64,000 nucleotides of DNA from Candidatus Poribacteria bacterium. Lineage in GTDB: Bacteria; Poribacteria; WGA-4E; WGA-3G. The number at the start of each line of letters is the position of its first letter. The first letter of the stretch is position 1. The translations under genes were made by a program, and so were the position numbers. Positions 59,638-64,000 of the stretch are shown here, in pieces. The DNA lies in assembly GCA_965205025.1 (NCBI GenBank), contig CBDBFU010000015.1, forward strand, positions 64,001 to 128,000. Direction: 5' to 3'. The notes under the pieces are model-generated. The model was not told where the DNA came from and did no database searches. It saw only the letters and a list, made by a program, of their open reading frames with translations.

Positions 59638-61524
59638 TTGAAGAAATTAATTATTACGGCCGCTGCCATTGTTATACTTATAGGTGCAGCTGGTTTTTTT
59701 GTCTTGAGTAGAGGCAAGAATGGAACTGATTCTACACTTGCACCTAAAATTGAAATCGTTAAACGCGGGGATTTCCGTAAAACTATTCGGGCGACTGGGA
59801 ATTTAGAACCTCTAAATGATGTTGAGGTTAAATCCAACGTTGAAGGGGAGGTGGTTGAATTAATGGTTGATGATGGTGACCCCGTTCAAATAGGGGATGT
59901 ATTAGTTAGGCTTGACCCCAAGATCTACCAAGAAGAACAGAAACAAGCAAAGGCAGATGTTGATGCTGCACAGGCTCAGTTAATGCAGGCTCGATTAAAC
60001 ATCGATCTTAAAAAAGAGAGATTGGATAGTCAGTTAACACAATCAAGAGCTTCAGTAAAAATTGCACAAGCTAATCTTGAAACGACACAAGCCACAACCC
60101 TTACCCAAATTAGTTCTGCTAAAACAGATATTCAAACGACGACGAATCAATTAGACCAAGATAACATTGCCTTGGAACAGGCAAGGATATCACTGGCACA
60201 AGCAGAATTGACTCTTGCTGAATACAAGACTTCACTGGATTCTTCTAAGGTCTCTTTAGATTCTTCAAAGTCTGAATTAGATCGAAACCAAGAATTGTAT
60301 GCAAAGGATTTAGTATCTAAGAAAACCTTAGAAGATACACAAACACAATATGCAAATGCAAAATCACAGCATGAAAATGCTCAAAAACGGGTTGAATCAC
60401 AACAGAAAACTATTGATTCCCAAGAACGTACAATTCTGGCACGAAAAACCGCTATAAAAACACGGGAAGCAACTCTACAAAATCAGGAGATTAACCTTGA
60501 TAATCTAAAGAAAATGCGTTTAAAAGCAGAAGAAGAAGTTAAAATACGCTTAGAAAACGCGCAAACACAAGTTCAAGAACTTGAAGCAACTATAGAAAAT
60601 GAAAAATTGTTGACGGAACAATCAAAAGTGAGTGCTGATGCTAATCTACTACGTAGACAGAGTAGTTTGAAAAATCAAGAAGAACGACTGGAGTGGACTA
60701 CAATTACTGCTCCTATGTCCGGTACTGTAACACAACTTGCTATTGAAGAAGGTGAAATTGTAACATCTGGGAGATCTGCTTTCTCACAAAGTCCTCCAAT
60801 AATGACAATTGCAGATCTAACACAAATGGTTGTTAAGACTTTCATTAACGAAGTTGATATGGAACGTCTAAATGAAGGACAAGATGCTGAAATCAAGATT
60901 GATGCATTTCAGACCAAGAAATACAATGGCAAAGTCTATGAGATTTCACCAAGTGGACAGCAGCAAGATAACATCATATCTTTTGAAGTAATGATTGAGG
61001 TAGAAGACAATGAAGGAGATATTCGCCCCGGAATGAGTGCCGATGTAGATATTATCACTTACGAAGAAAAGAATGTATTAATGATACCCATAGATGCAGT
61101 TGTTTCAAAAACGACTGCAATAGCCTCAGTCCAAGTTGGAAATAACTCTCCATTTAAAGTTGGCAAACCCATTGCAATGCAAACTATCAGTGAGAAAACA
61201 TTCAATGGAACTGTTGAAAGTTCAGCAAATGGGAATGTCACTATTAATTTAGATAGTTCACAACGCGGTATCACTCCCGGTCCCGCAACTGTTTCACTCC
61301 TAATTAACGGTAACAAAAAAGCCGATGGGGTTGAAGCACAAGTAACTGTCACCCGTGGCAAATACGTAATGATTGATAACGGTAGTCCTAAAGGTATTCA
61401 AACTACTATTGAAACTGGTGAACAAAATGAAACTGATGTCATCGTCAAAAGCGGACTCACCGAAGGAGATCGGATCATCTTACAAGGTCTACAAAGACCA
61501 CAGCAAGGTGGTTGGGGGAAATAA
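59638..61524 (+). CDS. MacA/HlyD-like periplasmic adaptor with a very long coiled coil
   Basis: ATGNLEP..EVKSNVEGEV, TTITAPMSGTV, INEVDM, IRPGMSA, GLTEGDRI. Confidence 0.9.
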   Translation: MKKLIITAAAIVILIGAAGFFVLSRGKNGTDSTLAPKIEIVKRGDFRKTIRATGNLEPLNDVEVKSNVEGEVVELMVDDGDPVQIGDVLVRLDPKIYQEEQKQAKADVDAAQAQLMQARLNIDLKKERLDSQLTQSRASVKIAQANLETTQATTLTQISSAKTDIQTTTNQLDQDNIALEQARISLAQAELTLAEYKTSLDSSKVSLDSSKSELDRNQELYAKDLVSKKTLEDTQTQYANAKSQHENAQKRVESQQKTIDSQERTILARKTAIKTREATLQNQEINLDNLKKMRLKAEEEVKIRLENAQTQVQELEATIENEKLLTEQSKVSADANLLRRQSSLKNQEERLEWTTITAPMSGTVTQLAIEEGEIVTSGRSAFSQSPPIMTIADLTQMVVKTFINEVDMERLNEGQDAEIKIDAFQTKKYNGKVYEISPSGQQQDNIISFEVMIEVEDNEGDIRPGMSADVDIITYEEKNVLMIPIDAVVSKTTAIASVQVGNNSPFKVGKPIAMQTISEKTFNGTVESSANGNVTINLDSSQRGITPGPATVSLLINGNKKADGVEAQVTVTRGKYVMIDNGSPKGIQTTIETGEQNETDVIVKSGLTEGDRIILQGLQRPQQGGWGK

Positions 61525-61543
61525 AGTTTAACTTTTTATAGTA

Positions 61544-61657
61544 ATACCATTTCTAATTGAAAATGTCTTTTTTTTGTACCACAAACTTTCAGTTAGTGAC
61601 CTGAAAATGACTGCCATAATAACCGCCTAATGAGACAATAATTTATGGAAATGGTAT
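61544..61657. mobile_element. Family A 114-bp MITE-like element (reverse orientation)
   Basis: Reverse complement of 26387-26500. Confidence 0.85.
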
Positions 61658-61729
61658 AATATATTCTCAGCACCGTCACCATAAGTGGTATCGGTGTTGA
61701 GTCTTTTAATTAATACAAACCAACAACTA

Positions 61730-61958
61730 ATACCATTCTGGTAATTAAAGTCTCATTAATAGTATCTCTTTAATATAGCACAAACTTCATGAGGATTAAG
61801 TAAATATTTCGGTAATCCAGTCCATAAAATTATCGTAGGGGCGGGGTTAACCCGCCCGTATATTACCGATTTAATAAATTAATCTTCATCCAGTTTGTGT
61901 AGTACTTCAAGATATAAATATCACCTAATCATGGGAAAATCATTTATAGAAATGGTAT
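61730..61958. mobile_element. Family B element with a nested family C element
   Basis: Reverse-complement homolog of 16044-16157, interrupted at the hairpin loop. Confidence 0.82.
61789..61889. mobile_element. Family C 101-bp element with a GTAGGGGCGGGGTTAACCCGCCC REP
   Basis: Reverse-complement copy of 3843-3943. Confidence 0.85.
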
Positions 61959-61967
61959 AACAACAAT

Positions 61968-62762
61968 CTACAATTCAATTACTTGTCCATCATAAGCAAG
62001 GTTAGCATTATCTGGGAGATCAATATTCTGTTCCTTACACTGATCTTTAAAATACCGATGATCAAGTCGATGCATAATATGAGTAAAATAGGTCTCATTA
62101 GTTTGTAATGCTTCACTTATTTCCAATGCCTGTCCCACTGAGAGATGTGTTGGATGTCCTGGGTTAAAGCTTAAGGCATCAATTATTAACACCTCTATTC
62201 CATCAAGCAACTCCAGTGAAGATTGTGGTAATACTTTCACATCTGGAAGATATCCAAAGTTGTCTATCCTATACCCGTTTGTATCAACATTACCGTGTTC
62301 TACAGGGATTGGAATAATATCAAAATCAAACAATTCGAATCTTCCATTAACTACATTTGGAAGCAAATGACCTACACCCCCACCTTGGAAAGTTTCCTTT
62401 GTAAACATATAATCATAATTACGTTGTAAAATATCAAGTGTCTGCTCTGGACCATAGATTGGCATATCCATCTGTTGTTTTCGACATGGCATTACAATAT
62501 CGTTTGTACCACTTATATGGTCTGAATGACAATGAGTAAATAGAACTGCATCTATCCACTCAATCTTGTTCCGATTTATCTGATCCATGAAGTTTGGACC
62601 TAAATCAAATTGTAGATTCTTTCCATCCTTCTCAATATGAATTGAGGAACGGGTACGATAGTTTTTTGAACCGACCTGCATAGAATCTAAACAGGTATCA
62701 CACTCACATTTATATTCAGGTACACCAGTTGAAGTGCCTGAACCCAGAATAGTTATCTTCAT
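61968..62762 (-). CDS. MBL-fold metallo-hydrolase (PhnP-like)
   Basis: MKITILGSGTSTGVP, THCHSDH, AYDGQVI; start set at ATG 62762. Confidence 0.9.
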   Translation of the reverse strand: MKITILGSGTSTGVPEYKCECDTCLDSMQVGSKNYRTRSSIHIEKDGKNLQFDLGPNFMDQINRNKIEWIDAVLFTHCHSDHISGTNDIVMPCRKQQMDMPIYGPEQTLDILQRNYDYMFTKETFQGGGVGHLLPNVVNGRFELFDFDIIPIPVEHGNVDTNGYRIDNFGYLPDVKVLPQSSLELLDGIEVLIIDALSFNPGHPTHLSVGQALEISEALQTNETYFTHIMHRLDHRYFKDQCKEQNIDLPDNANLAYDGQVIEL

Positions 62763-62850
62763 TCCCTGATAATCCTTTCTCCAATCATCGGTTTCACTGA
62801 AGTTGAACATCGTACCTATGTTATCCCTGTTCCAACGACTCAATAAATAT

Positions 62851-63999
62851 TTAACCGAGTGCATCGTCTACTTTGTTAATTGCCGCAGCCATTAACCGAG
62901 CATGTTCCTCCTGCATATTAACATTGAAACCAAACCTTAATGCCCTACCAAGTATAGATAATGTCTCTGGACACATATCACGGGAGTATTTAACATCACC
63001 TTTGTATCTTGGGTCTGACCATGGATAACCTGCAGCATTAGGAGAATGTTTAAAGAGAATTGAATCCCAATAGGTGTAAATATGTCTATCTGGGAATCCT
63101 TCATTATATGCAGTTCCTGCCCCTAATCCTTCTGCCCTAAGTGCTTCTGTGTACTTCTTAGCTAATTCGTCATCATTGATAATGATAGCTGCACTGATGC
63201 CACATTCACCACTTGGATCATCTATATGTTGACGTTTATACCCTTTTGGATCATCAGAGAGTTCTGCTATAAATGCTTTCTTTAGCTGGCGTGTATGTCC
63301 AAGTATATCATCAAGTTTTGATAACTGTACTCGTGCAATTGCTCCCAAAATCTCTCCTGGACGATAGGTTTGACAAGAGAAAGGTTTATTTTGCCACTCT
63401 GAATCACTCATCCACATTGGAAGCCCTGGTTCAGATGCAAATGCTGCTCTTTCATAGGTATCATAATCATCCGAAAATACCAAACCACCCTCTCCACAAG
63501 TAATAACCTTAAAGTAGTTCAAACTCCACGCACCTGCATCACCCCAGGTACCAGTATATTTACCATTATACTGTCCTCCAACACATTGACAGGCATCCTC
63601 AACCACTTTCAGTTCGTGTCTTTTTGCAATTTCTAATATTGCCTCTAAACGGCACGGAACACCCTGCATATGTACAGGTAAAATTGCTTTTGTATGTGGT
63701 GTAATTTTTCTTTCAACATCCGCTGGATCTAAACCAAGTGAATCATCAATTTCTGCTATCACAGGAATTGCCCCAACACCTACTATAGCAGCGGCAGTTG
63801 CGATAAAGGTATATCCGGGTAATATCACCTCATCTCCTGGTCCAATTCCTACTCCTGTCAGTGCACAAATTATCGCAGATGTACCAGAATTCACCATCAA
63901 CGCATGATTAACACCAAGACGACCTGCAGCTTCTTGTTCAAAAGCAGCTACCTGAGAATTTTCAACAAAACGAAATAATTGTCCACTACGTAGGACTTC
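62851..63999 (-). CDS. DegT/DnrJ/EryC1/StrS PLP-dependent aminotransferase (5' end beyond window)
   Basis: NSGTSA, GPGDEV, PVHMQG, VEDACQ, SLNYFKVITCGEGG; frame open to the window end. Confidence 0.93.
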   Translation of the reverse strand, partial: EVLRSGQLFRFVENSQVAAFEQEAAGRLGVNHALMVNSGTSAIICALTGVGIGPGDEVILPGYTFIATAAAIVGVGAIPVIAEIDDSLGLDPADVERKITPHTKAILPVHMQGVPCRLEAILEIAKRHELKVVEDACQCVGGQYNGKYTGTWGDAGAWSLNYFKVITCGEGGLVFSDDYDTYERAAFASEPGLPMWMSDSEWQNKPFSCQTYRPGEILGAIARVQLSKLDDILGHTRQLKKAFIAELSDDPKGYKRQHIDDPSGECGISAAIIINDDELAKKYTEALRAEGLGAGTAYNEGFPDRHIYTYWDSILFKHSPNAAGYPWSDPRYKGDVKYSRDMCPETLSILGRALRFGFNVNMQEEHARLMAAAINKVDDALG

Positions 64000-64000
64000 C

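Noticed and set aside
1-64000. tRNA, rRNA, integrase or prophage genes
   Set aside because: None recognisable by eye; tRNAscan or Infernal would be needed to exclude small RNAs formally.

Overview
AT-rich chromosomal window from a diderm bacterium. The gene content (DUF5916 protein, several TonB receptors, tandem MacB permeases, a long UxaA-type dehydratase) is suggestive of Candidatus Poribacteria, but that is inference only. From left to right it carries: a PLD-family protein; an ECF sigma/anti-sigma/HtrA operon; an O-methyltransferase; a duplicated-domain UxaA/GarD dehydratase; one complete IS4-superfamily IS (15-bp TIRs, 6-bp TSD); a 2H phosphoesterase and an SDR; a type I R-M system (hsdM/S/R) interleaved with a TA pair, an AAA ATPase module and a PIN pseudogene; an envelope cluster (LptD with inserted parvulin domains, SurA, two PPIases, mfd); purF/purM; TonB, DUF5916 and three TonB-dependent receptors; DUF547; a Gfo/Idh/MocA oxidoreductase; a sigma54-promoter-preceded prenyltransferase/squalene-oxidase-repeat protein; three MacB-type permeases with an adaptor; a PhnP-like MBL hydrolase; and a DegT-type aminotransferase. 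The most striking non-coding feature is a set of short (100-150 bp) TIR-bounded elements, each carrying a GTAG-type REP hairpin. One family is inserted three times exactly at the symmetry axis of other hairpins, with a 1-bp duplication, giving nested 'Russian-doll' repeats. No rRNA, tRNA or CRISPR array was seen.
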